This document shows positions 47,765 through 61,190 of a DNA stretch of 61,190 nt, piece after piece. The notes under the pieces were generated by a model that made no database searches, was not told the origin of the DNA, and saw nothing but the letters and a program-made list of their open reading frames with translations. The stretch covers positions 1 to 61,190 of the forward strand of contig JAPEUD010000106.1 in assembly GCA_026026165.1 (NCBI GenBank), in the 5' to 3' direction. Numbering within the stretch: the stretch's first letter is position 1; each line of letters starts with the position of its first letter. The position numbers and the translations under genes were made by a program. The stretch comes from Sarea resinae. Its lineage: Eukaryota.

Positions 47765-50700
47765 TTACCACGCGTCAGCTACGCCATCGGCTCCTGCATT
47801 ATCCCAGGACCAGCTTCCAGGAACGTGGTCGTTACCTCTCGGTCGCTGCTGCTGGTCTCCTGCCTTCTCATCAACCCCATCGACATCTCTGACATCCATC
47901 TTATCAGAGGTGTCGTGGTTCTCAGGGTTCTGCGGCTGAGGAGGCACATCACGACAAACGGCATCCACAAGTCTGTCCTTGTCCTTATCTCGCACATAGA
48001 CCAGAAAGTACGGCGTGGCCGGATTGTACTCCTCCTGATGGAAGATCTCCTTCTGGGGATCCTTGACATCGGTGACGTAACCGTCGTTGTATTTCCGCCA
48101 TATCCCGCGCTTGAAGTCGTAGATGAAGATCCAGTAGTGTCCAAAGGAGACGGAGCCGCGATGGATGAAGACGGAGTGCAGCCGGTAGGGCAGGTTGCGC
48201 AAATCGGTGAACTGGGACGAGATTTGAGTCTTGATGGTTTTGATGCTAGTATCTATGTATGCGAGCTCGGCTTTGATTTCGTTCGAACGCTCTCCGAGTG
48301 CTTCGATTACCCACGGGTCGATCTCGAGAGGTTCGATCAGATCAATTGCCTCGTCGGTGTCATCGTCCGTTTGGATGTCGGTCAGATACTTCTTCGTGAG
48401 CTCGAGCATTTCTGGAACGGGCATTCCAAGCTAGAAGATGATCAGCAATAGTTCTTGCTGAAATTAAAGGCACTATCCTCACCTCAGTCGTCGTCAATTC
48501 ATCTCTCCGACTTTCGAGTTTCCTGAGCTCATCTTTCCATTGCCAAACGCTTTCTCTCCTCTGGATCAGCTCGGCACCGTCGTCCATATACCGGTCAAGG
48601 TAAATCGTCTCTTCAAGTTTTAGCTCAAAGACGGATTTATAAGACGTTTTCTTGACGGCATCGAACTGCACTCGCTGAACTTGGATCTGAAGTATCGGTG
48701 GCAATTGACTGATTGAGGAATACTGTGGAACCACTGATCCATCTAGATTGACCGATTGCACATCAAACGCACCATCTAAAGCCGAGTATATGTCACGAGG
48801 CCCCGCGGCGACATCGACTTTGATATCGAGGAAAAACTCTTCCTTCATTCGGACATTACCACCTTGCTCGATATAAGACCTAGTCTTGCCGAAAAAGAGC
48901 CTCTTGATGCGATCGATCTGTTCACCATCTGTGTCGACCTTCTCGGGCTTGATGGCGCATTGTAATTGAAAAGCGACGTTGGCAATGACTTCGGTCACAT
49001 CGTGCTGGGCACCCAATTCGACTTCTTCTTGTACCTTCTTCATCAGCTCTGCCGGCTTCGGCCGTGGAGGTATAGGAGGTGGACGACCTGGCGGAACGGT
49101 ATCGTCAGAAGGCGGGGTAGGTGGGGCGCCATTGTGTTCGGTGCCACTCTGAGATTCTGCCATTTGGTTGTGAGGTTGTTCTTGCTCATTCACCTTGGAA
49201 GGAGAGGCATTGCCGAGAGGTTCTGTGCGGCCTTGATGAGGTGGAAGTTCAGCCTCGACACCCTTCGTAGGTGCCATATTCTCCTTGTCTTCCAGCATTT
49301 CCTTCTGGTGCTCCGTCTCTTCCGCGTTCGTCATGGGGATATCGCCATCGTCGGGGAGTAAATTGACCAGTGTCACGTCACTGGCACCATCATCTACGGT
49401 GTCTTTGGTAGGCTCTTCCGTTATTTTCGAGTCAATTTCCATTTCTTGAGACGGGGCAGGAGGACCGAGAGGGCCTGATATCGGAGCACCATTGATGTCG
49501 CCCAGTGAAGGACGACCATCTTTACCAATCGTGGATCTTCGTCTGAAACAATCATCGTTGGTCATCAGAGTAAGCCGAGCCAATTCCAGCTCCGGCGTAA
49601 TCGAAGACGTTGGAGCAGAAATCAGGCTTTGGAAAAGCTTACGTAGCTCATGAGCGACTGCCAAGGTCAGTATATCATTAGACATAGGGCGAACAGAGTT
49701 CCTCACATTTCTGTGCTCGTTCGACTTCTCTAGCTGACACCTTTCGCGATCCAACACGTTTGTTTCTAAGGTTTTCCGGAGACATTTCCATTTTGAATTG
49801 GTCAATGTTCAGGATGAGCTCCCTCAGAGGCTTTACCGTGAAGTAGAACTGTAGTAAGCTGTTCAAGTAACACGTGTTGCCAATGTTCTCCAGACCGACA
49901 GGCCAGTCGGCAGGAGCCGGTTCTGAGGAGAGCTGGCCACTGTTGAGAAAAGATTCGATTCGCCGTGATTCTTTCTCCTTGGCTATAGCTTTGAGCGCCA
50001 TCCTCAAGTCACCAAGCTGAGACGGTGTTTCCTCGGCACGGATGTTAAAGGTGGTAATGATCATATCATCATCCAAACTTCGGTCTTCTATGCCTAACCT
50101 GGTGTAAGCTTGTCCAATGTCCATCTCGACCTCGCCTAGATCGCCCGTGCTCAGCCAGCTTCTCAGTGCTTCACTGTTGCGCTGTTCTGCAATTAGAGAT
50201 ACAACATGGCGTGCCAATTCAGCATCATTCGGATTTTCAGTAGTCTGTTCAGTGTCAATCATTGAGACTTGTCCCTACAGACATGAACCTCATCATTGCT
50301 TACCTTCAGGGTAAACATGGTGACTATGAACTCGTCAGGAGTAGATAGCTCCGCACCAAGCCAGGATAGAGCTTGATCGTAGGTGGTTATGGCTGGGGAT
50401 ATATTTGTTAGCCACAAACCGTAGAGAATAGGCTGCTGGGGCAACAGCCGCCAAAATGCACATACTATTGGATACCGCTCGCTCGATAATTTCGCTCCCT
50501 CTGACTTGACCTATCGTCCGTAGGTAACTCCTCGCCTCTTCCTCTTGCTTCGGTGCATCCGCTATTCTGGATTTGAAAAGTCCAATGATATGTTCATCAT
50601 CTAATGATGCTGTGGGAGGAAGTCCGAAATAGGCATATGCATCGCGCACGTCCTTCCGGCTGACTTGACCTGCAGACACTTGCATGGTGACTTCGATTTG

Positions 50701-52145
50701 GAGAGTTTCGCTCTGTCTGCCCTTCGCGATATCCTGCAGGCACTCGAGGTAGTATGGTATGTTGGCTGGATCACAATCCGTTTGTCGCTTGTAAGCATAG
50801 ATCAAAAGCTCATCGGCGAAATCGGATGTTGCTCCAAGACTCGCATAGTAGCTGTTCCCATCAGAACCTTGACTTCGAAAGGATAGAATGAGGTTCAATG
50901 AATTCACTCACGGATGCTCCTGTACAGTCAAATCGACCGTTCGGCGAGAACTCGCAACCTTGCTGTCTAACAGTTCTCTTAGTACTACGGTCTGCTTCAG
51001 CCGTGCCTGGGTGAATCCTTACAGTCTAGACACCCCAGTGTCCCTTCAATGTCTCTGATGGATGATGGAGCCATGAATTGGGTGTTATGTCCGCGTTTTT
51101 CCTCGCTTGGCCTTTGGTCAATGAGGATCATCAGCTCTTTTTCCACGTCGTCAAGCCGCACCCATGTAGGATCGTTGAGCGGGGCGTCGGCAGATCTATC
51201 TGGTTGTGGTAGCGTCCAGTGTCTACCCGTTTCCTCGTCCTGCTCCTTTGTGATATCAGAAACACGTACCCCATCATATTGAACGGGTTTGGCTAATGGA
51301 AGCTCACAGAATATCTGAAACCCAAGTACTCCAGAAGCTCCCGGCAAGGTTCACCCAATGATTTCATGAACCTCTTGTTCTGGGCCGCAACCCGCTTGAT
51401 GTCTGGCTGATTCTTAGAATCGGACATATACTGCTTCAGATCCGATAGAACTTGGATTGGTGGGGGAGGAGAATGGCCTTCGAATCTCTCGGGGTCTTCC
51501 CTGATGGCTGCATCTGTTCGATCGCTGATCAATTTTTTGTTCGTTATCAAGTCGACGAATTTGGGCGCCAGTCTTGGAGGGCTGACGCGCACGGTGACCA
51601 CCGCTGGGCACTTTGGAGCTGAGCATTTGAATACATATGCATCGGATCCCTCCCGATCTGCCGCTGTATCTATGGGTATGAGCGGTTCCGCTGATGCCGA
51701 GGGAACATGACGAAGATGGTGAAGAGGGTATTCAGCGCTCGGACATGGCCATCTATCCCGTCCGCCCCCAACTTCTAACCTCAAGTCGAGGTGACATCGA
51801 CAGTCTTGGCAGAGAGCGGCGACTCTATAAGAAGTGACAGTCGAAAGCTTCTGTCCAACTTTTGGGAGGATGCTTTGTTCACGTTGTGTCATAAAGCTAT
51901 GTCGGCAGCTTCCCGGATAGATCATCTGAGGTAGCGTCGTGTCTTCCTCATATTGAGGAGCGGGATCGGTGAGGACATTGCGCCCAGCTTTGGGGGGGAT
52001 GCGAGGATCATAGCTCAGCAGATCTTGGATGAAGCGTGGCGCGGTCTTGCCTGTAGAGAGATGTTGAATCAGCACTGCCAGATGCATGAGCCAGCTTTAC
52101 AGATGCCTGCCTACCCGGTTGCGAGTGCATGTCCGCAGCGTTCAT
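47765..52145 (-). CDS. UBP2: Ubiquitin-specific protease (USP/C19), Ubp2-like, multi-exon
   Basis: Cys box PVGLENIGNTCYLNSLLQFYFT, QHDVTE, and His box LHSVFIHRGSVSFGHYWIFIYDF...WRKYND. N-terminal GKTAPRFIQDLLSYDP. Successive minus-strand ORF segments join through GT-AG introns. Start is ATG 52145 or 52130. Confidence 0.92.
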
Positions 52146-52847
52146 CTGGGCCGGGCGCCAATATTCCGAAAGCTCTTTAGCCTGACACCGGAGTGAGGCG
52201 ATGGCAGAGAAGCTGATCAGAGGTTTGGCGCTGTTTTTAGAGGGAAGTTGGGGACGGTCTGAGCTTGGAGTTGATGTGTTGTCGGAGGCCGTTCACATCT
52301 CAGGGCCCTGCACTTGAAGAGGTGAGTTGAGTTCGTCACTATGCATCCATGGACCTTCATAGGGGCCTGGATGCGTGGCCAGGCATTTGAAATACAGCAA
52401 AATACGGGCAGAGCGAACACTTTAATTATCGGCCAGGCAATAGGCAATAGGCCTTCGTTATTTAGGATACGTGCAGGATGGCATCTACAGAGAGACGGGA
52501 AGCACAGCAAGATACCCGACACTGCTCACCTCACCGAAAAGCACAGGCAGCTCTCGGGCTCTTGTCTCTCGTGCAGTCATCTCAATCGCATCTAGGCATC
52601 CGATGGCCGCCATGGAACGCACATGGTGCGGCTTAGCGAAGGCGGTACCTCTATCTCCATAGTAATTTAGGTAGCTTAGGTAAGGGAGAACTGCACGACC
52701 CTGCACGAAACGCCTCCCGTATCTTGACCACCGCTGCACTGCATCCTCCTGTATGGACTGGCGAACCATCTCCGACTCTCACAACCGTCCTTTACCAGTC
52801 TGATACCTGAGTATCCATCACACGACGAGCCTCGGCCCCTTGTCGCC

Positions 52848-53585
52848 ATGCCTTCGGATCAGGACCTCTATCATCCAAAAGATGCCATTGGCATCGCCCT
52901 GAAATCCACCGCCATCATGGGCGCGGCCGGTGCCATGGTCTCCGGTATCCAGAACACCTTGACCAAGCAAAACGTCGGTCCGATGGGCGTCTTCACACGT
53001 ACAGGTGGAACAATTGCTATATTTGGTGCGCTCCATTCCTTGCTCGGTCCATCGCTATCACGGCCGATCAAGACTAACGCTCTCTTCAGCGGCAATGGGA
53101 GGCACATACGAGTTTGCACGACACGCAGCCGCCAACCTACGGGAGAAGGACGACAGCTGGAACCCCGCCATTGGAGGCTTCTTGGCCGGATCAATCATGG
53201 GTCTACGATGTGCGTTTGATGGATCCGATGAGATGCAATGCTTCAACGGTTGACTGACGATGGGCTAGTCCGGACCTTCCCCGCTGTTCTCGGGTACGGA
53301 GCAGGCGCCGCGGTTCTCTTGGGGGTGTTTGACTACACGGGTGGAGTTCTCACGGGCTATACGAGGGACCCCGAGGTGGACGAGTTTGATCGAAAAGAAT
53401 ATATGAGGAAGAACCGAAGACGGCCCATCCAAGAGACGATTGAGGATTTGGGTGAGGGAAGAGGTAAGCTATACGTTGTGGTGCAGGCAAAGCCATGCTA
53501 ACCGCGGGAAGGTATCTACGCCCCCGGATACGAGGAGCGGAGGCGAGAGAGGTTGCGTGAGAAGTATGGGGTCGAGGTGCCGTGA
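52848..53585 (+). CDS. NDUFA11: Complex I accessory subunit B14.7 (21.3-kDa, Tim17/22/23-like), 4 exons
   Basis: YHPKDAI...GAAGAMVSGIQNTLTKQNVGPMGVFTRTGG, AAANLREKDDSWNPAIGGFLAG, VFDYTGG, RKNRRRPIQETIEDLGEGRGIYAPGYEERR.ERL.EKYG. Confidence 0.9.
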
Positions 53586-54385
53586 AGGGATGGTGATATA
53601 GCGATGTTCGAAAGTTCATAGAGGGTCATGGTATATCATCGTGTACCTATATACTAAGCGTGTATTCTGTGATGCATCTCATCGATTCTCGTCATGGACG
53701 GCATTGTGAAGACCTGCAATCCATGGTCGTAAAGCGTCTGCAAGCAGAGATCGCCTACCGGACCCTCTGCCAATTTCCCACCGAGAGATGATTGCTCTTG
53801 CAACGGCCATCGATGGTCTTATTGTTCGAAGATGGTCGAGTCATTCCGATATCAATCGTGGGTTTTCTCAGTCCAACGGCGGCCAAGGATGGAGAGATGG
53901 TAGAGTACTCCGGAGTAGAGCTCATATAGCCCATGACGGATGAGAATTGACTACGACGTGATTGGCCATAGCCTTAGGATCTGGCTCGAGGCAATGGTGG
54001 GAGTACTCCGAGTACTACTGAAGTACGTACCTAAGTTCGTATTGCATCCATCCGTTCGAGCTGCCATCAAGAAAGCCGATTGATGGCACAGACACAGCCC
54101 CGAAGACAAGGACGAGAGAAGCCCGGGCACGTGGACGGGTCCTCCTGTCATGTCTGGTTCCATTGGAGACGATGGAAGTAGTCTGAGTACGACGAGTACA
54201 GGACGGATGGCACCTGATCGAGAAGTACAGAGGGACCGACTCTTGTTCGGCGTGGATGCTATCTCGAGCGGTATTCGGTACTTGCATCTCTCTCATCAGC
54301 GCCGTGCCCCGAGGCCCAAGGGCACAGAGGGCACTGCAGAGCAGAACGAGCCCCGCAATCGTCACCCCACAGACCCCTGGACTGG

Positions 54386-54429
54386 GCGTGAAGGGGCGTG
54401 AAGGGGCGTGAAGGGGCGTGAAGGGGCGT
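54386..54429. repeat. Tandem 10-mer (GGGCGTGAAG) x4
   Basis: Visible directly in the intergenic region upstream of the tubulin cofactor C gene. Confidence 0.9.
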
Positions 54430-54965
54430 TCGCTTTACTACGGAAGTAGTCCTCGAGCGTCCAGCGATCCATGGCTTGGTGCGTCAGGCACCCATCGCAT
54501 CTTGACTGGCTGCGGTGCTCCCTCGTACTCGAGTAGGGCCGGTATTGCATGTCGCGGGCATGGCAATTGCATGATATTCGCATGGGCCGGCCGACGTCAG
54601 CACTTTCATTGGCGCCCCAGATCGATATTCGATATCCGTCAGCCTTCATGCATCACCGTCGTCACCATCGTCACTCTCGTCCCTGCTATCGATGGTCTCG
54701 TGAACCGCGCTGCTAACCTTCTCGAGGGTAGCTCCCGTCATTGCCCAGGCCGTCCATCTGCTCCGTCTCTTCCCCGGACCAGACCTCTCCCTACCGACCT
54801 ACCCAGATATAAACAATTGACCTTCTCGTGACGTTTCCATGTCTCGAACCATTACTTCACCTACCCCATATATTCATCCCACCTCGTAGCCATATCAAAC
54901 ATCATCGAGTCTTGACTGCTGCTAGCCTACCCTACCCTACCTACCTCTGCCATCCGCGACCTTAC

Positions 54966-56320
54966 ATGTCGACGACCATGACTCAACCGCAGGCGGAAAC
55001 GGGGCTCAAGGAGCGCTTCTTCAAACACTTCCAGCATGAGGTCTCAGGTAAGTTGGGATGGACCCACGACCGCACGCGAGTCCCTTGGCTGATACAGAAT
55101 CAACAGCTCTGCAGGAGCAGATAGATCGCCTGGCCGACACGGCATCCTCGGGCGGCGAACGAGCAGACGCCGTCGACCACTGCTTGGCCGGCATATCACG
55201 CCTTTCCAGCGAAGTGAAGAATGCATCGGGATACATCCCCGCCTACGATCAACGAATGTACTCGGAAGTACGTTTGGACCTCCACTGTGTTTTATAGATT
55301 GTAGGCATGGCTGACGACGAGTACAACTAGGCCATCAAAGCCCTCAGCGAGAAGCTCCAGGAAGCCCGGTCGACGCTCGCCCCGAAATCGAAATTCAGCT
55401 TCAAGACGAGCCGGAAGAATGCCTCTGCCATTTCCCTGACCGACGCCGCAGAGATCGCGGCGGCGCAGCGGATGCGACTGCCGGGTAATCATCGCTCCGA
55501 TCCCTCGTCCACGGAGTCCTCTGTGGCTCCAACACCGCTCTACGTGCCGACGCCCCCCAATGAACCCAACACGGACGCTGTGAACCAAGGCTCGCGACCA
55601 GACTCGCATACCAGCGCCATCCGCAAACCTTCGTTTTCCTCGTCGACGAGCATAACGCTCTCACATCATACAAATGCCCACATCATCCTCCCACCCACCG
55701 CTTCGCATGCCACCTCCTCCGGATCCCTGACTTCGCTGCGCCACTGCATCGTCGACATGTTCCAGCCTACGGCGTCATCCTCGAACGCAAACTCGCAGCC
55801 TTTTGCATCTCTGACACTCAAGCACATCTCCGAGTCTCTGCTAGTATGCGGGCGGGTGTCGGGACCCGCTCACGTCACGGGGGTGCAGAACAGCGTTCTC
55901 GTGGTCGCATGTGCCCAGTTCCGGATGCACGATTGCAAGGATGTGGACGTGTATCTGGCCTGTTCAAGTAGACCTATCATCGAAGGGTGTGAGGGCATCA
56001 GGTTCTCTCCATTACCCGAAGCTTACGTTCGTATACCCCTATTCAGTTGAATAGTACCGCTTCTACTTTCACGCCCTCAGCCAACCAGAATCGCTAACAA
56101 ATCTCAGTCGCACCCCTCGGACTCGGAATCAACCGCGCCGCAAAACCTCTGGGACCAAATCGACGACTTCAATTGGATCAAACCCACGCCCTCGCCGCAT
56201 TTTGCCATCCTACCGCCCGAAAAACGCATCCCGGAGGCAGTATGGCGAGACGTCGTCCCTGGAAGTCTGGCATACACGCTGGAGGGTATCCTGAAGCTGA
56301 CCGTCCTGGGAAGGTCATGA
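54966..56320 (+). CDS. TBCC: Tubulin-specific chaperone / tubulin-binding cofactor C, 4 exons
   Basis: N-terminal helical domain ERFFKHFQHE...IPAYDQRMY...APKSKFSFK. C-terminal beta-helix CGRVSGPAHVTGVQNSVLVVACAQFRMHDC..VDVYL.CSSRPIIEGC..IRFSP, then NLWDQIDDFNWIK..PSPHF. Confidence 0.92.
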
Positions 56321-56629
56321 GAATGGGCCGATACGTGGATCTCCGTATTGAGGAGATTCGAGAGGGAATGAATCGGTTGGAGCAGGTGGGTGGCTAAACT
56401 GGGCCTGTAGATATTGGCAAGGAATTGGATTGAGGGAGGCGAGACGTCTTGTGAGGATCTGACTGTGGCCGTGATGAAGCTGGGGAACGAAGAGCTAGGT
56501 GAATGGGAATTCTGGAAGAGAGAATGGGACTCTCTAGAGAGGAGAAAGTGAGGGATGCCAGAGGAGAGGGGGGAAGGTGGCCAGGGGACGACGTATCCGC
56601 CCCCCGCGTGCCTTTGTCTGTACGCCTGG

Positions 56630-56660
<31 letters not shown>

Positions 56661-57346
56661 GCTCTCCCCGTCCCTCATTCCGAACCGTCCTCCCAGTCCA
56701 TCGACTCCGGCAGACCCTGTAAAACCAAGCCGTACGCCACGCTCTATCCAAACAGACACGCCCATCATCTCATAGTCAGCCTTCCACATCTTGTCCACAT
56801 CCCCCAGGTCTGTGAGGTTTCTTTCGGGGGTGGGAGAGTCACGGAGTCGAGTTTCTGAATGTGTATACCTACCTACCTACCTAGCTTACCTACTCTGTAT
56901 TTATCTATCTTCTTATTACCTACTTTAGCCTCTTCTAGCCCAGCTTTAGTCTTATCGTTACAAGTCCAATAATGAAAAAAAATCAAAAAATCGAATTGGA
57001 ATCGGATCGGCAAGTTCTATATGGGCGTGCTAGCTAGTCCAGGGGGAGAAAGCTCGCACTGCTTCGACAGGGAAATCATACGTACGTACGTATGTTTGGG
57101 GGTCCGACGTGGCGCTTGTTCTTTTTTTTTCTTTTTCTTTTTGATAGTTGGTTTAGTTTGAGGACTCGGTAGGTGGTGCGTGGTGCGTGGTGCGTAGCAG
57201 ATAGTAAGTTGTAAGTTGTAAGTTATAAGTACCTTGGTAGGTAGGTAGGTAGGTAAGTGGTTTACTAGTTTAAGCACTTGATGGATTAATTAATTAGTGT
57301 AGGTCATTTGATTTCTATTCTCGAGCTATGATTTTAAAGAACTCGG

Positions 57347-57388
<42 letters not shown>
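57347..57388. repeat. (TAC)n trinucleotide microsatellite
   Basis: About 14 TAC units visible directly. Confidence 0.95.
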
Positions 57389-58445
57389 CATCTAATAACA
57401 CAATCAAATTAGCTTATACTTATACTCATACTCCTCTCTCTCTCTCTCTATTACGCGTCTATTATCCCCCTCTCTCCCTCCCTCTCTCGAAGATCCTAGA
57501 TAATGTATATCCTATCTCTCTCTTATAACTCTCTTCTATATCCTATAGTTTTCGTCTCTCCTCTTTGTTATCTGTATTCTATCATCTGTATTCTACTATC
57601 TCTTTTACTCTCTTCTTTTCTTTCTATATTGTCTCTTATTCCTTTTTTCCTCTACTTTTTCCTCTACTCTTTTCTCTACTCTTTTCTTCTCTATCTTAAC
57701 TAGGTGTAGAGAGAGAGGTAGAGAGTAGAGTTAGAGTATAGAGGTAGTTTAGGTGTAGAAGATAGGTAGATAGATAGGCTAGATATAAGATAGAGAGAGG
57801 GGGGGGGGGAGAGGGAGACAGAGAGAGAGAGGCAGAGAGGATAGAGTAAGGAGGTAGAGAGAGGCAGAGTAGGAGTTTAGAGCTAGCAGATGGATAGAGA
57901 GGCGGAGAGAGAGGCGGATTAGTTGTAGAGCATAGATAGAGAGGTAGGTAGGTCGGTAGGTAGGTAGGATAGAGTATAGAGGCAGAGAAAGAAGCTGGGA
58001 GAGAGGTGGAGAGAGATGTAGAGAGGTCGACAAGGTAGAGAGATAGAAAGCGCGTAGAGTGGAGAGGTGGAGAGGTGGAGAGGCGAAGAGGCGAAGAGAT
58101 AGAGCTGGATATTATAGATGTGATTCAGGACGAGGGATAGAACGCATGCAGAAAGGAGTAGGGCGCAGAAGACGAGTAGGAGGCAGAGATGAGGAGACCT
58201 CGACGCATCCATAGTTGACAACCTAACCACCAAAAGAGAGAAATCAAGGGGGACGGCTACCATTAATTAATAGTCTCTCTACCTGTCTACCTATGGTATG
58301 GTACCCAGTCTAGCCCGCCCTTTCCATGACGATCCTTCTCGGGCCCTCATCTATGAAGACCAACACGAACACGAAACACCGATGCTAAGCCACCAACCAG
58401 ACAAGAAATTCCATTGCCGAATCCCGACACGGCAGATTGAAACTC

Positions 58446-60364
58446 CTACGCCACATACGTCCCGGCTCCGGCTCCACCCCCGCCACGAGCAACAAGCACG
58501 GCCATCTTCTCCCTCTCGAGCTTCTCCTGCTCCATGCGCGCCCGCTCGGCCTTGGTGACCCGCGGCTTCCGCGTCGTCGTCGTGCCTCTGCCGGTGCCTC
58601 GCTCGCCTCTCTCGCTGCCCAGACCCGCGGCACCGCCTCCACGGCCGCTCGAGCCGGCGCCCGAACCGCGCGTCGTGCCCGACGACCCCGCGTGACCGCC
58701 TCTGCCACGGCCGCGCCCGCGTTTGACTGTCCCGTCGGCTCTGGAATCACAGATTAGTATGCGTAGATAGATAGGTAGAGGAAAGAGTCATACCGCTCGA
58801 TGGTAGGTTTCTCCCCGGCAGGCACGAGCGGCCCGCTATAGACGAAGAACCCATCCTTGCTCGCCGCCGCCTGCTCTTCCCAGAGCATCTCCGAGTCGTC
58901 GACAAAAGGGTCGTCTTTGTCGTATTCCTCGACCTTGGTCCGTCGCTTGGGCTTCTTCTTGGTGTCGCCTCCGGCCGTGCTGTCGCCGTCGCCCGTCCCG
59001 CCCATCTCGACGTTGCTTTCGGGCTCGGAGAGATCGAGCGACATGTCGTCGGCTGAGCCGGTGCCGGACCCGGCAGCCTTCTCGAGAGCGGCACCTGCAG
59101 CGGCGACGCGAGCAAGACGTTCCCGTTGGGCGGCGATGCGTGGGTGCAGGGCGTTGAAGCCGTAGCGCTCTTCGGCCATTCGGGCGAAATTGATGTATTT
59201 GTTCTGTTCGCCTTTCAAGGTCACTTCGAGGATGACGGTAGGGGCTTGGATTTCCGAGGAGTCCGAGGGAGCAGACGTGGGGCCGCCGAAGAGAGCGCTG
59301 GTGAGGAGCCCGTTCCCTGGTGGACGAGGAGCTGGGTGTTCTTTCTGTCGAGGAGGCTTGGGTGATGGTGCTGTTGACGAATGGCCATTGGTGGTGGTGG
59401 TTTCCTTGCTAGACTTTTTCGACGTCGGCGCCGCTGGTAACGGGCAGACATTCTTGTCGTCGTCGTCAATGTCCATTTTGGACGATGCATGCTCATCTGG
59501 GGGATTCGTCGGAGCTTTGACTGAGACCGAAGCAGGGCGGACATGGATGGTTGAAGGTGAGATCGGAGCGGATTTCGTCGCATCTTGCGAAGTAACCCGA
59601 GCGATTTGGGGGAAGCCATAGGCAGACGTGAGCGGCGTCACGGTAGGAGGGTCGATCAAACTTGCAATCGAGGGTGAAGCGCTTGCACGATTTGCTGATC
59701 GCGGAGGTTGCGGTGACACTGGAGCGCTGTAGGCAGTATGCGAGTATTCGACATTGGCGGAGCGAATCGGGTCGTAGTTCTGGCCACTCGACCGTGGTGG
59801 CAGGGGTGGGTGCGACGACGTGGTGATGTGAATAGCTTCAGAACTGCCATTTCGGGACAGGTTCTTGGACGACGGAACACCAAAATTCGAGCCCACCAAT
59901 TCCGTAATCTTCGGCTGCCGAGACGTGCCCTGCGACGGCTTCGTATCGCCCGACGAGGCTGATTCGGAAGTTCTCTGCTTTTTCCTAGGGAGGTTGGGAT
60001 TGGTGGATGAGGAGCGTGGTTTCTTGGTCTTGACTTTGCCTTCAACGGTGGTGGAATTATCGTGGTCGGCGGCAGCATTGGAATGATCCTTCTTACGCGA
60101 CGTCTTCTTGGGTTGCGAGGTGGTAGATGTATTTTTAGCCGATTTCGTCGTTGCCGAAGTATTGTTGTTATTCACCTCCCTTGCAACACCAACATCACCA
60201 CCAAAAGGCGAACGGGAATCGGTCTCAGGATGTGACAGAGCATCGAAATACGGTTGCGCGGCTGGCGATTGAGCGGATTCCGAATCGGGAGGTGGAGGTG
60301 TCGAGAGAGGCGAGGAATCAGGGCCATCATCCATTTGCCGAAGAGGGCTCGCGGCAGTAGACAT
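58446..60364 (-). CDS. HPC2: HIR/HIRA histone-chaperone complex subunit Hpc2 (HUN domain), 2 exons
   Basis: YINFARMAEERYG and HUN domain EEYDKDDPFVDDSEMLWEEQAAASKDGFFVYSGPLV. Intron 58793-58741 precedes an RG-rich last exon ...RKPRVTKAERARMEQEKLERE...YVA*. Confidence 0.9.
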
Positions 60365-61190
60365 GTCGCTTTTCTAGCACATGGAGCTCTGGGCGCCGTG
60401 GGATGATGCAGAGAATAGAGATGGCTGACGATGGAGAGAGTTCCTGGCGCAGCAGAAAGAGTCAGGGAGCTCGTCCAGTGGAATTATATCGATATGGGCC
60501 CAAGGCAGATATCGATGGGAGACCTGGTAGTCAAGAGCGATTGCTGGACCTCGCCATACACTGCCTAGGCCGCGATAGCTTCACAACACCACGAAGCGTT
60601 TGACGTCAAACACCTCCACCAAAAGACAAGTATCGAGATGTCGAAGATTCAGATGATCCACTACGGGCTGTCGTAGAGCTTCAGATAGATGCGGCCGTTT
60701 GCAGGATGCGATCTTGATGTCTGGCAGGCAGGGGAGAGATGGAAGAAAATGATGATGATGGTGATGATGGTTCGGTGGTGTGTGAAGGAGCAAGAGGAAG
60801 AGGATGTGAAAGAAGGAGAGAGGAAGAGTGAAGAGGGGAAGGGGAAATGTCCGAGATATGGGAAGTTGGCTGGATTTAGACTGAAAGGGTTTGCGCCCAC
60901 GAGACGACGACAGACGAGACGAGACGAGACGAGACGAGACGGGCCAGCAGAGCTCCCTCCAGCTGGGACGAGAGGAAATGGGACCGGGCAGGCAGACCGG
61001 TGATCTGATTTGACTACGGCGGTGGCATTTCCCCATCTATCGGTGTCTGCCTGCCTGTCCCCTACGAACTACGATGAATGGAGACAATCACACGGAAGAC
61101 CCGCTCAGACGAGTGCGGTAACGGGAAGTAGAATGTAGCTGGAAGCTGTAGGCTGAAGGGGGGAGGAGGAGGAGGAGGAGGAGGAGGAGG

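Noticed and set aside
57078..57095. 18-bp palindrome CATACGTACGTACGTATG
   Set aside because: Explained by the self-complementary (TACG)n microsatellite that is common in this window.

Overview
Gene-dense, intron-containing genomic DNA from a filamentous ascomycete (Pezizomycotina, inferred from the gene set and the short GT-AG introns with CTRAC branch sites), with microsatellite-rich intergenic regions. I can support 18 protein-coding loci: a small membrane protein, a Sec7/PH ARF-GEF, mitochondrial ribosomal protein uS2m, a YMC1-like mitochondrial carrier, prenylcysteine oxidase, SCOT, the circadian clock gene frequency (frq), a convergent uncharacterised putative regulator, a frameshifted APH-family phosphotransferase, Vps74/GOLPH3, three complex I genes (mitochondrial ACP, TYKY/NDUFS8, NDUFA11), Rrp14/SURF6, a conserved hypothetical protein, Ubp2, tubulin cofactor C and Hpc2. 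The most interesting part is the ~15 kb frq neighbourhood. It has a dense GATC cluster resembling a White Collar light-response element, upstream ATGs, an N-terminal intron that could yield long and short FRQ isoforms, a downstream G-quadruplex motif, and a tail-to-tail putative transcription factor with its own 5 kb upstream region. Also notable are a triple 36-aa His/Asp repeat in the N-terminus of uS2m, an in-frame GC-AG intron in SCOT, and RIP-like AT-rich patches. I recognised no tRNA, rRNA, CRISPR array or intact transposon. All exon boundaries were read by eye, gene names rest on motif recognition, and no database searches were run.
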